Source of the DNA: an uncultured Gammaproteobacteria bacterium
Lineage (GTDB): Bacteria; Patescibacteriota; Patescibacteriia; Patescibacteriales; UBA12465
Length of the DNA stretch: 56,879 bases
NCBI GenBank assembly: GCA_964639785.1
Contig: CAZXEE010000004.1
Coordinates: forward strand, 1 to 56,879
Reading direction: 5' to 3'
Under the pieces are notes generated by a model. The model was not told the DNA's origin. It ran no database searches and saw only the letters and a list, made by a program, of their open reading frames with translations. Each line of letters begins with the position of its first letter. Positions within the stretch are counted from its first letter, which is position 1. A program made the translations under genes and the position numbers. Shown here in pieces: positions 34,741-44,627 of this stretch.

Positions 34741-35325
34741 TTAAAGTTGTTTTTTGATGATTTTGTCGATAATGCCGTATTTTTTAGCTTCTTCGGCGGT
34801 CATGTAATTATCTCTGTCAGTATCCTTTTCGATGGTCGCCATCTTCTGTCCGGTGTGCTCGGCAAAGATTTTGTTCATTTTTTCTTTGGTTTTGAGGATA
34901 TGTTCTGTTCGGATCTTGATGTCTGAGGCTTGGCCCTCAGTTCCGCCCATGACCTGATGGATCATTATTTCGCTGTTTGGCAGGGCTAGGCGTTTGCCTG
35001 GAGCTCCGGCAGCTAGCAAGAAGGAAGCCATTGAAGCAGCCATACCGACACAGATAGTTGAAACGTCAGATTTGATATATTGCATGGTATCATAGATGGC
35101 CATGCCGGCAGTGACGCTGCCGCCGGGGGAATTGATATAGAACTTAATATCCTTGCTTTGGTCTTCGGCATCCAGGAAGAGCAATTGGGCGATGATGATG
35201 TTGGCGGTATGGTCGTCTATCGGTTCGCCCAAGAAGATAATCCTATCTTTGAGTAAACGGGAATAGATGTCATAAGCTCTTTCAACATGGCCTTCCTTTT
35301 CGATAACTGTAGGTATTAATGGCAT
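34741..35325 (-). CDS. clpP: ATP-dependent Clp protease proteolytic subunit
   Basis: Motifs [39 protein letters not shown] (catalytic Ser) and IMIHQ (His). Confidence 0.95.
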   Translation of the reverse strand: MPLIPTVIEKEGHVERAYDIYSRLLKDRIIFLGEPIDDHTANIIIAQLLFLDAEDQSKDIKFYINSPGGSVTAGMAIYDTMQYIKSDVSTICVGMAASMASFLLAAGAPGKRLALPNSEIMIHQVMGGTEGQASDIKIRTEHILKTKEKMNKIFAEHTGQKMATIEKDTDRDNYMTAEEAKKYGIIDKIIKKQL

Positions 35326-35525
35326 ATTTTTATCTTTTAAATTTATAATCGGTATCTAGATTATAAAAGAAAAATGGTACCTTGTCAATTTAGGGCTTTA
35401 TTCACCCTTTATACACTTTTTACCCTTGATTTTTATTTCTTTTTATTCTAAGATAATTCCATAAAATCTTGGTCAAATACTGTATTATTTGATATTAGTA
35501 TTAGGCCTTTTATTATAAATATCAT

Positions 35526-37346
35526 ATGAAAAAGAACTTATTTCAGAGAGTGTTTAATTCCAGTCCACGTCGTCGGGCTTGGTGGATCTTTGCGGTTATT
35601 ATGGTGGTTACCATAGCATCGCTTTTGATTAGCGGCGGTAATTATTATAATAAGATGAGTGATTCTGTCGCTCAGGGTACTAAGAATTTTGTCGTTTTGC
35701 CTAAGGTTAAGGATATTCCTTTCCGTCTCGGCCTTGATTTACAAGGAGGCAGCCAATTGGTTTATGAAGCTGACGTCGCTTCTTTGTCTGATAGCGAAAA
35801 AGATGCCGCTTTGGAAGGCGTCCGTGAAGTTATTGAGCGTCGTATCAACATCTTTGGTGTGTCTGAGCCGGTAGTTCAGGTTAATAAGACTATGGCTGGT
35901 AATTATCGGATTATTGCTGAATTAGCTGGTATCAAAGATGTAAAAGAAGCTATCAAGATGATCGGTGAAACTCCTTTATTGGAATTCAGAGAGAGAGGCG
36001 AGGCTACTAACACTGCTGCCGTAGCTGCTGTGGATACTAAAAAATTAGATGAATTGAATAAAGCAGTAAATGACCAGGCTAAGAAGGTTTTAGATCAGGC
36101 TGTTAAAGGTGGAGATTTCTCAGCTTTAGCTAAGGCTAATAATCCGGCTAAGAGCGTTGGAGCTGGAGAAGATGCTTTGACTATCGGAGCTGAGAATGAC
36201 GGAGATTTGGGTTGGGTGACTGAAGATGTTAATCCGGATTTAGTTAAGCCGGTTAAGAATTTGGCTAAAGGCCAGGTTTTCAAGAATCTGATTACCACCA
36301 AGACCTCATATCACGTTGTTAAGTTAGAAGATAAGAGATTGCGTTCTGATAAGAAAACTATGGAGTATCATTTGATTGATATTTCTTTCCCGATCAAGAC
36401 CGCTTCCGATTTAGTTACAACTAATACCAATAGCGCTGATGGTAATTGGAAGAATACCCAATTGACTGGTAAGCATTTGAAACGGGCTGTAGTTAATTTC
36501 AATCCTAATGACGGTTCTCCGGAAGTATCATTAGAATTTAATGATGAGGGCGCTAAATTATTCGAAGAGATTACTGCTCGTAATATCGGAAAAGAGTTAG
36601 CGATTTTCCTCGATGGTTATCCAATCAGCGTTCCGACTGTCAATGAGAAGATTACCGGAGGCAAGGCTTCCGTTAGCGGTACTTTTACCGCTCAAGAGGC
36701 CAAATTATTGGCTCAGAGATTGAATACCGGTGCTTTGCCAGTTCCGATTTCTTTGGTTAGCCAGCAGAATGTTGGAGCTTCTTTAGGGCAGCAATCAGTT
36801 AATGACAGTATTTTTGCCGGTTTGATCGCTTTAGCCATGGTGGCCTTGTTCATGATTTTCTTCTATCGTTTGCCGGGCTTGTTGTCAGTTTTTGCTTTGA
36901 TTATTTATGGCTTTATTTCATTAGCCATCTTCAAACTCTGGCCAGTTACTATGACTTTGTCAGGTATTGCCGGTTTTATCCTCTCTATCGGTATGGCAGT
37001 TGATGCTAATATCTTGATCTTTGAGCGCTTGAAAGAAGAATTGAGAAATGGAAAGGATTTAGGCAAGGCTATTGAAGACGGTTTCGGCCGGGCTTGGCCT
37101 TCAATTCGGGATAGTAACCTGACTACCATGATCGTCTGTTTCGTTTTGATTGAATTCTCAACTAGCGTTATCAAGGGTTTTGCCGTTACTTTGTTATTGG
37201 GCGTAATCATTTCCATGTTCACCGCTATTTTCGTAACCAGGAATTTCTTGAAACTGATGTCTAATAAATGGTTGACCAAGTATCACTGGTTGATCACTAG
37301 TGTAAAAAGCAAAAAAGAAGTTTTGCCGGCTACCGAGTCCAAATAA
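35526..37346 (+). CDS. secD: Protein translocase subunit SecD with an embedded parvulin (PpiC)-type PPIase-like domain
   Basis: SecD motifs: LGLDLQGGSQLVYEAD, RRINIFGVSEPVVQ, GETPLLEFRE, ELAIFLDGYPISVPTV, GALPVPISL, and six C-terminal TM helices. Between them lies AKKVLDQAVKGGDFSALAK...DGDLGWVTED...LAKGQVF..TSYHVVKLEDKR. Confidence 0.85.
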   Translation: MKKNLFQRVFNSSPRRRAWWIFAVIMVVTIASLLISGGNYYNKMSDSVAQGTKNFVVLPKVKDIPFRLGLDLQGGSQLVYEADVASLSDSEKDAALEGVREVIERRINIFGVSEPVVQVNKTMAGNYRIIAELAGIKDVKEAIKMIGETPLLEFRERGEATNTAAVAAVDTKKLDELNKAVNDQAKKVLDQAVKGGDFSALAKANNPAKSVGAGEDALTIGAENDGDLGWVTEDVNPDLVKPVKNLAKGQVFKNLITTKTSYHVVKLEDKRLRSDKKTMEYHLIDISFPIKTASDLVTTNTNSADGNWKNTQLTGKHLKRAVVNFNPNDGSPEVSLEFNDEGAKLFEEITARNIGKELAIFLDGYPISVPTVNEKITGGKASVSGTFTAQEAKLLAQRLNTGALPVPISLVSQQNVGASLGQQSVNDSIFAGLIALAMVALFMIFFYRLPGLLSVFALIIYGFISLAIFKLWPVTMTLSGIAGFILSIGMAVDANILIFERLKEELRNGKDLGKAIEDGFGRAWPSIRDSNLTTMIVCFVLIEFSTSVIKGFAVTLLLGVIISMFTAIFVTRNFLKLMSNKWLTKYHWLITSVKSKKEVLPATESK

Positions 37347-37376
37347 TGGGCTGCCGTCTTAATCTATCTCAATACT

Positions 37377-38288
37377 ATGTATAACATCATACAAAAAAGA
37401 AAAATTTGGATCAGTATCTCGATTATCCTGTTTGTCACAGCTATCGTTTTCATCTCCATGTGGGGTTTGAAATTGGGTATCGATTTTACTGGTGGCAGCT
37501 TATTAGAAGTTAAGTTTGGGGCTAATAAGCCTAATGTGGTCGAGGTTTCTGAGGCTGTTAAAGATTTAAATCTGAATAGTTTGTCTGTCCAGCCTTCTGA
37601 AAGCTCGATGATCTTGCGTTTCCAGGAGAGCAGTGAAGATGTCCATCAGAAAGTCTTGTCCTCTTTGGATAAATTGAACAGCAGTAAGAATCCAGGCAGT
37701 GCCGATAGTTTTGAAGAATTGAATTTTACCGGTATCGGTCCTTCTGTCGGACAAGAATTGCAGAGAAAGGCTGTTTATGCCATTATCTTAGTTTTAATCG
37801 CTATCAGTTTGTATATTTCTTATGCTTTCCGTAAGGTGTCCAAGCCGATCGCTTCTTGGAAATATGGCGTGGCTACTTTGATCGCTTTATTCCATGATAC
37901 AGTTATCGTCATCGGCTTCTTCGCTTTATTGGGAAAATTCTGGGGAGTGGAAGTCAATACTTCTTTTGTAGCAGCCGTTTTAACTGTCTTAGGTTTCAGT
38001 GTTCATGATACCATCGTTGTTTTTGATCGTATCAGAGAAAACCTGCCTAAATCAGCTGATAACTTTGAGGTTACTGTTAATAGAAGCGTTAATCAGACCT
38101 TAACCCGTTCTATCAATACTTCAATGACAGTTATGTTCGTTTTGCTGTCCATTGTCTTATTTGGTGGCGAGTCAATTAAATATTTCGCTTTGGCTTTGCT
38201 GGTCGGTATCTTCTTCGGTACTTACAGTTCTATTTTCTTGGCTTCTCCGATCTTGGTTATCTGGAATAATACTAAAAAGAAAGCTTAA
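37377..38288 (+). CDS. secF: Protein translocase subunit SecF
   Basis: Motifs GIDFTGGSLLEV, IALFHDTVIVIGFFALLG, GFSVHDTIVVFDRIREN and RSINTS. Confidence 0.9.
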   Translation: MYNIIQKRKIWISISIILFVTAIVFISMWGLKLGIDFTGGSLLEVKFGANKPNVVEVSEAVKDLNLNSLSVQPSESSMILRFQESSEDVHQKVLSSLDKLNSSKNPGSADSFEELNFTGIGPSVGQELQRKAVYAIILVLIAISLYISYAFRKVSKPIASWKYGVATLIALFHDTVIVIGFFALLGKFWGVEVNTSFVAAVLTVLGFSVHDTIVVFDRIRENLPKSADNFEVTVNRSVNQTLTRSINTSMTVMFVLLSIVLFGGESIKYFALALLVGIFFGTYSSIFLASPILVIWNNTKKKA

Positions 38289-38310
38289 AAGAATAGTCGT
38301 GAATGATTAT

Positions 38311-38338
38311 AAAAACCACCCTTTTGGGTGGTTTTTTG
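38311..38338 (+). terminator. Intrinsic terminator after secF
   Basis: Hairpin aaaaaccaccc-tttt-gggtggtttttt. Confidence 0.75.
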
Positions 38339-38382
38339 TTGGGCCTTTGTGGTATAATAGTCTGGTAATAATCTATTCAATT

Positions 38383-40662
38383 ATGAAATCGATAAAATTG
38401 GGAGAATTCCATTTTAAAAAAGTCTTAGAAATGTTGATTGAAATCACTTATTTGGCGGCTTTCTTTGTTGTTCCTCTAGTCATGGCTTGGTTTTTGACGA
38501 CTGATAATGTCTTTGAACTTAATAAGATTATTATTTTCCGAGTTTTGACCCTGGTTTTATTCGTTTTAACCTTAGCTAAGGCTTTATTCTTTCCGGTTCG
38601 ACAAAAGCTTTCTGCTCGTTATCTGTGGCCGGTTTTAGGATTGATTTTATTCGGAGCTTTATCGTTATTCTTCTCAGTCGATCCAGCTAACAGTTATTTC
38701 GGTTCGAATGATCGCCAGCAGGGATATCGCAGCTTATTGTTCTATGCTTGGTGGTTTGTTCTTTTATTTTATAATTTGGTTACGGCTGAAAACCTAGGGC
38801 AGAGAATTAATCGGATATTCTGGACAGTGATCGGGTCTTCTTTTTTGGTTAGTCTCTATGGTATCCTTCAGATTCTAGGGATAGATTTCGTTTCTTGGAC
38901 TGAACCGCCTTTTGTAACGCACCGGATCACTTCCACTTTAGGCCAGCCTAATTTCCTCGGCTCTTATCTGCTCTTAGTTATCCCTTTGGCAGTTTATGGT
39001 CTAATTAAATATCGGAATATTTGGCTTCGTTTGTTCTTATCTTTTTCCTTATTGGCTCAACTTATCGTTCTGGTGTTGACCGGAAGCCGAGCTGCCTGGC
39101 TGGGGTTAGTTGGCGCCTTATTCTTATTTGTCATTTGGAATCTACGTAGTTTCTGGGTTAAGCTTTCAGCTCCTAGGAGACGAGGGGTTGTATTGGTTTC
39201 AATCTTTGCTTTATTGATTTTAGTTTTGTCTTCAGTCCAGAGCGAATATATTTCCGGTCGGGTTAAGGGGATGTTCGATTTTCAAGGTGGAAGCGTTTCG
39301 GCTCGTTTTAATTTTTGGTCTGGAGCTTTGAAATCAATTTCCCAAAAACCATTTATGGGCTATGGCTTAGAAAATCAGGGAACTGAGTTCGTCAAATATT
39401 ATCAAGCTGATTGGGCTAAAGCTGGGTTTGTAAATGCCAGTACTAATCGGGCTCACAATCTGATACTGGATTGGCTGTTGGTAGGCGGAATTATCGGTTT
39501 GATATTTTATCTTTGGGTTTATGTCAGCTTCTTCAAATGGGCCAACCAGAATCGCTTGCATAGCCGATATGGGCGGTTCTCAGAAGCTTTGATGTTGGCC
39601 GTAGCCGCTTGCTTGATATCCTTGCTATTTGGCTTTCCGGTGGTGGTTACTGAAGTTTATTTTTGGTCGTTTTTGGCTATTATTACTGCTATTAATGCTA
39701 TACCTGAGGAACATGAAGCTGGCCGGGATCTTAAGGTTAACTTAGTGGTTAAAATAATCATCATGCTTTTAGCCTTAGTCTTTACGGTCCGTCAGATCGC
39801 TGGGGAATTTAAAGCTTTGACGGCTGATAATTATTTCTGGGAGATGCGTCAGACGATAGCGCAGAATAATTATCCCCGAGCCTTGTTTTATTACCAGAAG
39901 ATTAAAGAACAGAACATTCACAATTCTTCCTATGGCTATTATCTGGTCGATTCTTTGCCTTATGATTTGGATGCCGCTTTCGATCCGGCAATCGCCAATC
40001 TATTCCGTCGGGAATTGAAAGACATCCTGCCGGGGATCGGTCGGGGTAATTATGATAATTATTATGAGCAGGCCAAGATCTATACTTTATTGAGGGATAG
40101 AGACCAAGCTGACGCTGCTTATCAGAAGATAGTGGCTCTCAGTCCGAAGCTGCCTAAGAATTATTTTGCTCGGGCTGAATTTTATATCGCTTTCGGACAG
40201 GATGATTTGGCTTTAGCTGATCTGGAAAAAACCTTGACGCTTTTGCCGCCGATAGCCAGCCCTTTGGCCACCTTATCCTCGCTCGAAAAATCAGTTAATT
40301 ACTATGAGAGTATGGTCTATAGGGAATTGGGTAATATTTATTTCCGCCAACAGAAATATGATTCAGCAATTGAGAGTTACAATGAAGCGTATCGTCATAA
40401 TCTGAATGATGCGGCGGTTTATAAAAAGATTGCTGATTCTTACTTTATGCAAGGCGACTTGAAAACGGCCACCTGGTATAATCTGCGCGGCGCTGAGAGG
40501 CATCCTAATGATTATTCCTGGCCCTTATCTGTTGCTATCTTATATCAGCAGCAAGGGCAGATGGAATCAGCTTTGAAATATCTGAATCAAGCTTTGGCCT
40601 TGGATTTTAACAAGCAGATACCTGCAGCGGTTGTTGAGGGAATCAGGCAAGGCAATAAATAA
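38383..40662 (+). CDS. Wzy_C/O-antigen-ligase-like polytopic membrane protein with a C-terminal TPR domain
   Basis: The track ORF 38152.. overlaps secF and crosses its terminator, so I prefer the ATG at 38383 (MKSIKLGEF), which follows TGgTATAAT at 38350-38358. Features are multiple TM helices, TGSRAAWLGL, RAHNLILDWLLVGGIIGL and C-terminal TPR-like repeats (YYEQAKIY.., FARAEFYIAFGQ.., YRELGNIYFRQQKYDSAIESYNEAY). Confidence 0.75.
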   Translation: MKSIKLGEFHFKKVLEMLIEITYLAAFFVVPLVMAWFLTTDNVFELNKIIIFRVLTLVLFVLTLAKALFFPVRQKLSARYLWPVLGLILFGALSLFFSVDPANSYFGSNDRQQGYRSLLFYAWWFVLLFYNLVTAENLGQRINRIFWTVIGSSFLVSLYGILQILGIDFVSWTEPPFVTHRITSTLGQPNFLGSYLLLVIPLAVYGLIKYRNIWLRLFLSFSLLAQLIVLVLTGSRAAWLGLVGALFLFVIWNLRSFWVKLSAPRRRGVVLVSIFALLILVLSSVQSEYISGRVKGMFDFQGGSVSARFNFWSGALKSISQKPFMGYGLENQGTEFVKYYQADWAKAGFVNASTNRAHNLILDWLLVGGIIGLIFYLWVYVSFFKWANQNRLHSRYGRFSEALMLAVAACLISLLFGFPVVVTEVYFWSFLAIITAINAIPEEHEAGRDLKVNLVVKIIIMLLALVFTVRQIAGEFKALTADNYFWEMRQTIAQNNYPRALFYYQKIKEQNIHNSSYGYYLVDSLPYDLDAAFDPAIANLFRRELKDILPGIGRGNYDNYYEQAKIYTLLRDRDQADAAYQKIVALSPKLPKNYFARAEFYIAFGQDDLALADLEKTLTLLPPIASPLATLSSLEKSVNYYESMVYRELGNIYFRQQKYDSAIESYNEAYRHNLNDAAVYKKIADSYFMQGDLKTATWYNLRGAERHPNDYSWPLSVAILYQQQGQMESALKYLNQALALDFNKQIPAAVVEGIRQGNK

Positions 40663-40666
40663 TTTT

Positions 40667-41608
40667 ATGGCTGATCTTATTCTGGGAACAGTAAGAAATT
40701 ATAGTTATAGTCAGATCAAACCTTTCCTGGATTCTTTATTCCGAACTGATTTTTCTGGTCAAGTAGTCTTCTTTGTCTCTGGCTTATCTCAAACTGCGAT
40801 GAGGCATTTAAGAGAAAGAGGAGTCGAATTGATTCCATTTTCCAAGAATTATCCATTTTTGTTAGATTATAATGATGTTTTGCCAGACCTAGGTTTGCCT
40901 ATTAAATATAGCCTTCCTCTGAGTTTGTGTACGGAACGTTTTGTAATGTATTATTTATATTTAAACCGTTATGGTCAAAAATATAATCGGGTAATGTTAA
41001 CTGATGTTCGTGATGTTATTTTTCAAAGAAATCCATTTGCCTTTAATGATAACGATTGTCTTAGTGTTTTTTTGGAAGATGGAGGACATAAGATTGCGGA
41101 TTGTTTGCATAATTCCGGCTGGATCAAACAATCTTTTGGCACTGTTGTTTATGAAAAAATTAAAGATCGGAATATTTCTTGTAATGGCGTTGTTGTCGGG
41201 CCAGTCAAATTATCGTTGGATTATTTGCGCCTTAAGGTTGATTTGATTTTTAGGGTTGGTCCTCCTGGGATTGTTGGTCAAGGGTTTCATAACTATTTGA
41301 TTCATACTGGGAAATTGCCTAAGTTAAATATTTTTACTAACGAATCAGGGCCAGTTTTAACTATGGGTTTAATGTCTGGTTATAATCATGATAAGAATAG
41401 CAATTTGATAAATCAGTCTGGCTCAGTTGTAAATATCGTTCATCAGTATGACCGCCATCCAGAATTAGCTCGGCGTTATTATTGCCGATCAGCTATTTGG
41501 AGGGGTAAATTACATAATTTTAAACATTGGATACTTTCTCCTCTAAAAAAATTTCCTCGGTTTTATTATAGCCTTAAGATTATTTATTATCGTTTATGGC
41601 AAAAATAA
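40667..41608 (+). CDS. Hypothetical protein (313 aa), possibly sugar-modifying; function unknown
   Basis: ATG at 40667 (MADLILGTV), just after the previous stop. It overlaps the downstream GT2 start by 13 nt. No family recognised. Confidence 0.5.
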   Translation: MADLILGTVRNYSYSQIKPFLDSLFRTDFSGQVVFFVSGLSQTAMRHLRERGVELIPFSKNYPFLLDYNDVLPDLGLPIKYSLPLSLCTERFVMYYLYLNRYGQKYNRVMLTDVRDVIFQRNPFAFNDNDCLSVFLEDGGHKIADCLHNSGWIKQSFGTVVYEKIKDRNISCNGVVVGPVKLSLDYLRLKVDLIFRVGPPGIVGQGFHNYLIHTGKLPKLNIFTNESGPVLTMGLMSGYNHDKNSNLINQSGSVVNIVHQYDRHPELARRYYCRSAIWRGKLHNFKHWILSPLKKFPRFYYSLKIIYYRLWQK

Positions 41609-42411
41609 TAATCAGCGCTTGTCTGATCGTCCACAATGAAGAACATCTTTTAACCAGGTGTTTGGAGAGCCTAGATGGTGTTGTAGACGAGATAATCTTG
41701 ATCCATGATGGTCCTTGTTCTGATCGGACATTAGAGATTGCGGAGAGATTCGGCGCTCGTATCTTTGTGCGAGAGTTTGTCGGAAATGCCGAGCCGCATC
41801 GCCCCTTTTCTTTTAAGCAAGCGGTTGGTGATTGGATCTTGCAGATCGATGCCGATGAATATCTGTCTGAGGAATTAAGGCAAAATATTAGGAAATTATC
41901 GGAAAATGAGGCTGTTTCGGCTTATGAATTCGTCTGGCCTTTGTGGAATGGAAAGAAATATCGAGGAATTGTCTGGCCGTTGAAGCGATGTTTTTTTCGG
42001 CGGGATAGGCTTTCATTCCTAGGTGTGCCCCATTTCGTAGCCGAGGTAGATGGGAGGGTTGAGAAGAGTCGATTGGTCTTATATCATGAACCGGAATATG
42101 ATAATTATCGTTGGCGTTCGTTCAGGAATAAGTGGTTGCCTTGGGCTAAGATCCAGGCTGCCTATTATCTGAAAAATTTTTCAGAGATTGAGAAGTTTAA
42201 TTATCATCAGGCTGATTGGTCAATGAAGATAATTATCCGGAAAAAATTTCCTTTGTTACTATTGCCCTTGGATTTTGTCTTGGTCTTCTCCAAAACTTTA
42301 TTCTCTGGAGCTTATCACTTAGGTTTATTCGGTTTGAAAGCTGCTTTAATGCCGGCTTTCTATCGAGCGATGATTGACTACTATTTATTTAGGTTTAAAA
42401 TTAAGAAATAA
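41596..42411 (+). CDS. Glycosyltransferase family 2
   Basis: The N-terminal GT-A signature is ISACLIVHNEEHLLTRCLESLDGVVDEIILIHDGPCSDRTLEIA, followed by IDADE (DxD-like). Confidence 0.8.
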   Translation: MAKIIISACLIVHNEEHLLTRCLESLDGVVDEIILIHDGPCSDRTLEIAERFGARIFVREFVGNAEPHRPFSFKQAVGDWILQIDADEYLSEELRQNIRKLSENEAVSAYEFVWPLWNGKKYRGIVWPLKRCFFRRDRLSFLGVPHFVAEVDGRVEKSRLVLYHEPEYDNYRWRSFRNKWLPWAKIQAAYYLKNFSEIEKFNYHQADWSMKIIIRKKFPLLLLPLDFVLVFSKTLFSGAYHLGLFGLKAALMPAFYRAMIDYYLFRFKIKK

Positions 42412-42419
42412 TTATTTAT

Positions 42420-43235
42420 ATGCCTTATCTTTTTCTATTTTTTTCTCTAGCTTTTGGCTTGATAATCGGCAGTTTCATAAATTGCTTGGTTTGGCGGCTT
42501 TATAAGGAAGAAAGCCTGATGGGCCGTTCTTATTGTCCGAAGTGTCGTCATCAAATCCATTGGTACGACAATATCCCGGTGCTTAGCTGGTTGCTTTTGG
42601 GCGGCCGTTGCCGTCATTGCCGGAAGCCGATAGCTGTCCAGTATCCACTGGTTGAGCTTATCGTTGGCCTTCTATTCTCTCTGGTTTTTATCAAGTTTTA
42701 TGGTTCCGGTTTTGCCTATCCGGACTTTGATTTTTATTTTTGGATTTTTTCCGGTGCCAAGATTTGGTATTTGTTGGCTGGCTGGTTTGCCGTCGCAGCT
42801 ATGGCCATAGTCTTTATTTTTGATGCTCGCTGGCTCGAGATCTCTTTGCCGGCACTCCTATGGTGCGCCGCTTTCATTTTAGGCCTAGATCTGATCTCGG
42901 GTTATAACTATTTAAATATCTTGTTGAGCGTCGCGATTGGTGCCGGCTTTTTCGGCTTGCAATTCTGGTTGACTCGCGGCCGGGGAATAGGAGAGGGCGA
43001 TATCTGGTTAGGCGGCCTGATGGGCCTGATATTTCCAGATTGGCGTTTACTCCTGGCAGCCATCTTCGTTTCTTACATGATAGGAGGAGCAACTGGAATA
43101 ATCTTGCTTGCCGGCTGGGGGAAGAAGCTGAAAACCAAGCTGCCTTTGGGCGTTTTCTTAGCCCTAGGCTCTATTATCGCCTTATTTTTCGGTCAGTATC
43201 TGCTTACTTGGTATTTAGGGCTCTTAGGCCGTTAG
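42420..43235 (+). CDS. pilD: Prepilin peptidase (A24 family, PilD-like)
   Basis: N-terminal Cys-box domain (CPKCRHQIHWYDNIPVLSWLLLGGRCRHCRKPI), polytopic membrane region and GEGDIWLGG. Confidence 0.85.
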   Translation: MPYLFLFFSLAFGLIIGSFINCLVWRLYKEESLMGRSYCPKCRHQIHWYDNIPVLSWLLLGGRCRHCRKPIAVQYPLVELIVGLLFSLVFIKFYGSGFAYPDFDFYFWIFSGAKIWYLLAGWFAVAAMAIVFIFDARWLEISLPALLWCAAFILGLDLISGYNYLNILLSVAIGAGFFGLQFWLTRGRGIGEGDIWLGGLMGLIFPDWRLLLAAIFVSYMIGGATGIILLAGWGKKLKTKLPLGVFLALGSIIALFFGQYLLTWYLGLLGR

Positions 43236-43303
43236 AATGGTTGGCAATTCTGAAGTTTTCTTGTATAATTAAAATATACAATTAATATAAACCAATTCGA
43301 TTT

Positions 43304-44560
43304 ATGAAGGAGGAAATAATCGCTGGTCTTGATATTGGCTCAACCAATATCCGTTTAGTTATTGGCCAAAAAGTCCAAGGTTTTGAAACTGAAGAAATCC
43401 AGATCATCGGAGCTGTGTCGTCTTTGACTATGGGTGTCTCCAAAGGAAATGTTAATAGCATCGAAGATGCCACATCTTCTATTTCAGCTTGTCTAGAAAA
43501 AGCTGAACGCTTGGTCGGAGTACCGCTGGAAAGCGTTTGGGTTAGTATCAATAGCCCTAAGATCAGATGTGAAAAGAGCAAGGGTGTGGTTGTGGTATCC
43601 AAGAGCGATGGTGAGATCGATGAACATGATGTTGAGAGAGCGATAGAGGCGGCTCGTTCGATGGTGGTGCCGAACAACTATGAGATCCTGCATGTGATTC
43701 CGATTAAATTTACTATTGATAACCAAGAAGATATCAAGGATCCGATCGGAATGAGCGGCGTTCGCTTGGAGGTTGAAACTTTGATTATCTTGGGTCTGAG
43801 CAATCAGATTAAGAATCTGACTAAAGCTATTTATCGGACTGGTTTGAATATTGAAGGTTTGGTGCTTTCTTCTCTGGCTGTAGCAGAAACCGTTTTTGAT
43901 AATCGCCAGAAAGACTTGGGTGCTGCCTTGGTAAATATTGGGGCTACTACTACCAGTTTGTCAGTTTATGAAGAGGGTAATCTGCTCCATACCGCTATCT
44001 TGCCTATCGGTTCCGATCATATCACTAATGATATCGCTATCGGTTTGCGTTGCCCGATCAATCTAGCTGAAAGGATCAAGATCGAATATGGCCATTCTGA
44101 ATCAGAGGCCTTCACTAAAAAGGATGAAGTCGATATCAGCCAATTAGTTAAAGAAGAGAAGGTTAGTGATAATATCGGCTTGATTTCTTTGAAATATGTC
44201 GCTGAAATCATTGAGGCTCGCGTGGAAGAAATATTTGAAAAAGTAGATGAAGAATTAAAGAAGATCGACCGTTCCGGTATGCTTCCAGCCGGTGCTGTCT
44301 TGGTTGGCGGCGGCTCGATGCTCCAGGGAATCGTGGAAACGGCTAAGAGAAAATTACGTTTACCGGTTTCATTGGGAGAAGCTAAGAATGTTAAGATTGC
44401 TATCGATAAAGCTCGTAATCCAGAATTCTTGACAGCCTTAGGCTTAGTAGCTTGGGGCGGCCATTCCTTGCCTAGTTCAGCTCCAAATCCTTTAAAGAAG
44501 AACCTTAGCGATGCTTTTGGCAAGGTTAAGGGATTTATTAGTAAAATGATGCCCCAATAA
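43304..44560 (+). CDS. ftsA: Cell division protein FtsA
   Basis: Actin-fold motifs GLDIGSTNIRLVIG, VNIGATTTSLSVYEEG and VLVGGGSMLQGI. It lies immediately upstream of ftsZ. Confidence 0.9.
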   Translation: MKEEIIAGLDIGSTNIRLVIGQKVQGFETEEIQIIGAVSSLTMGVSKGNVNSIEDATSSISACLEKAERLVGVPLESVWVSINSPKIRCEKSKGVVVVSKSDGEIDEHDVERAIEAARSMVVPNNYEILHVIPIKFTIDNQEDIKDPIGMSGVRLEVETLIILGLSNQIKNLTKAIYRTGLNIEGLVLSSLAVAETVFDNRQKDLGAALVNIGATTTSLSVYEEGNLLHTAILPIGSDHITNDIAIGLRCPINLAERIKIEYGHSESEAFTKKDEVDISQLVKEEKVSDNIGLISLKYVAEIIEARVEEIFEKVDEELKKIDRSGMLPAGAVLVGGGSMLQGIVETAKRKLRLPVSLGEAKNVKIAIDKARNPEFLTALGLVAWGGHSLPSSAPNPLKKNLSDAFGKVKGFISKMMPQ

Positions 44561-44627
44561 TCAGGGTTGAATTTTTTGCTTTGCTAGGATAAGATGCAAA
44601 CAGTATTAATTATTTAATAAGATATAT

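Noticed and set aside
38152-38382. Upstream 77 codons of track ORF 38152..40662.
   Set aside because: They overlap the 3' end of secF in another frame and read through the strong secF terminator (38311-38338) and a TGgTATAAT promoter element. The real start is most likely the ATG at 38383.
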